Below are positions 63,036 through 64,000 of a DNA stretch of 64,000 nucleotides, in pieces; the stretch's first letter is position 1, and every line of letters begins with the position of its first letter. Made by a program: the position numbers and the translations under genes. The notes under the pieces are model-generated. The model was not told the DNA's origin and made no database searches. It saw only the letters and a program-made list of their open reading frames with translations. The DNA is from Malacoraja senta. Lineage: Eukaryota. The DNA lies in the NCBI GenBank assembly GCA_038087875.1, contig JAXLNO010000709.1, forward strand, positions 496,001 to 560,000. The letters run 5' to 3'.

Positions 63036-64000
63036 AAATTGAAAAATCATTAACATATGCTAAAGGGGCCTTGCACCCACCCCAACCAACCCTTCTTTAA
63101 ATTATTTCAGATGTTTTGAATTTTAGATCTTGGGGATTCAATAGTTGATTCCTTGGCTATTCTGACTGGTATACTTTGTTACTGATCTTTTGAAATTGGC
63201 AGCCCTTCAACACATAATTTTCAATAGTTATCTGTAATCCATTTGGGCAAACGAAGCAGGGCCTTTATAGAGCCAAATCAATCTTACTTGGCTGTCAGCA
63301 GATAGTGCAGTCTTTTAACAGGACCAGATTGTTTAATGTGTTTTATATACAATCAATTTACTATTTTTTTTGGAAGTGGTAGATCCTTTTTAGGGGCGAT
63401 GTTTCGGGTAGTTTGAAGAAGGGTCTCGACCCGAAACGTCAACCATTCCTTCTCTCCAGAAATGCTGCCTGTCCCGCTGAGTTACTCCAGCATTTTGTGT
63501 GTATTTTCGATTTAAACCAGCATCTGCAGTTCTTTCCTACACTGTTTATGTGGAGGACTGTTATCGGTCCTGCACCAATGACCACATTCATAGTCTGTCC
63601 CACCTTCTATAAACCAGCATTGTGGTAAAAGTAGACCAACTTTGAGTGTCATTCAAGTAGCTTTGATATTGATAAAGTTGTGCTTTTTATCGGTTACAGA
63701 AACACAGGCACCAATGAGTTCTTTGAACCATTCTTGCCATTCCATGAGAATGTAGCTGACCATTTATTAAATTGTATATAACTGTCTAACCCTATATTCC
63801 TTCATTCTCAGAGCTGCCAAGTTTTGTCAGAGCATTTCAGTATTCTAGTACCTGAAAATCAGTATTTTGCTGACGAAATCAGTATTTTTATTTAATGTGC
63901 AGATACCCATACAAGAATGCCTATCATTGCTACAAATTGACATGTCTTCTATGCACCTTACTTGACAGTGCATTCATTGCCATCTCTCTGTATACTGCTG

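Overview
Eukaryotic, repeat-dense DNA, almost certainly from a cartilaginous fish (skate/ray-like), judged from HE1-type V-SINEs, their CR1/HER1 partner LINEs and abundant Penelope-like elements. The only host coding sequence I can support is one giant internal exon on the + strand (15783-18971, 3189 nt, 1063 codons, Ser/Thr/Glu/Pro-rich, no Cys). It matches the versican (VCAN) GAG-alpha exon via the DIDREYFT motif, is phase 1-1, and appears to use a non-canonical GC 5' splice donor. Everything else is intron (>=15.7 kb upstream, >=45 kb downstream) filled with nested TEs: a near full-length CR1 LINE (ORF1 SGNH esterase; ORF2 APE+RT), many CR1 3' fragments, Rex1/Babar, L2, Vingi-like and L1-Tx1 remnants, three PIF/Harbinger-type MITEs, about 12 HE1 SINEs and DeuSINE remnants. 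There are also some 20 Penelope-like pseudo-LTR insertions carrying minimal hammerhead-ribozyme cores, often as palindromic tail-to-tail pairs with 11-15 bp target-site duplications. Family assignments come from motif recognition, not database searches, and repeat boundaries are approximate unless a TSD is quoted.
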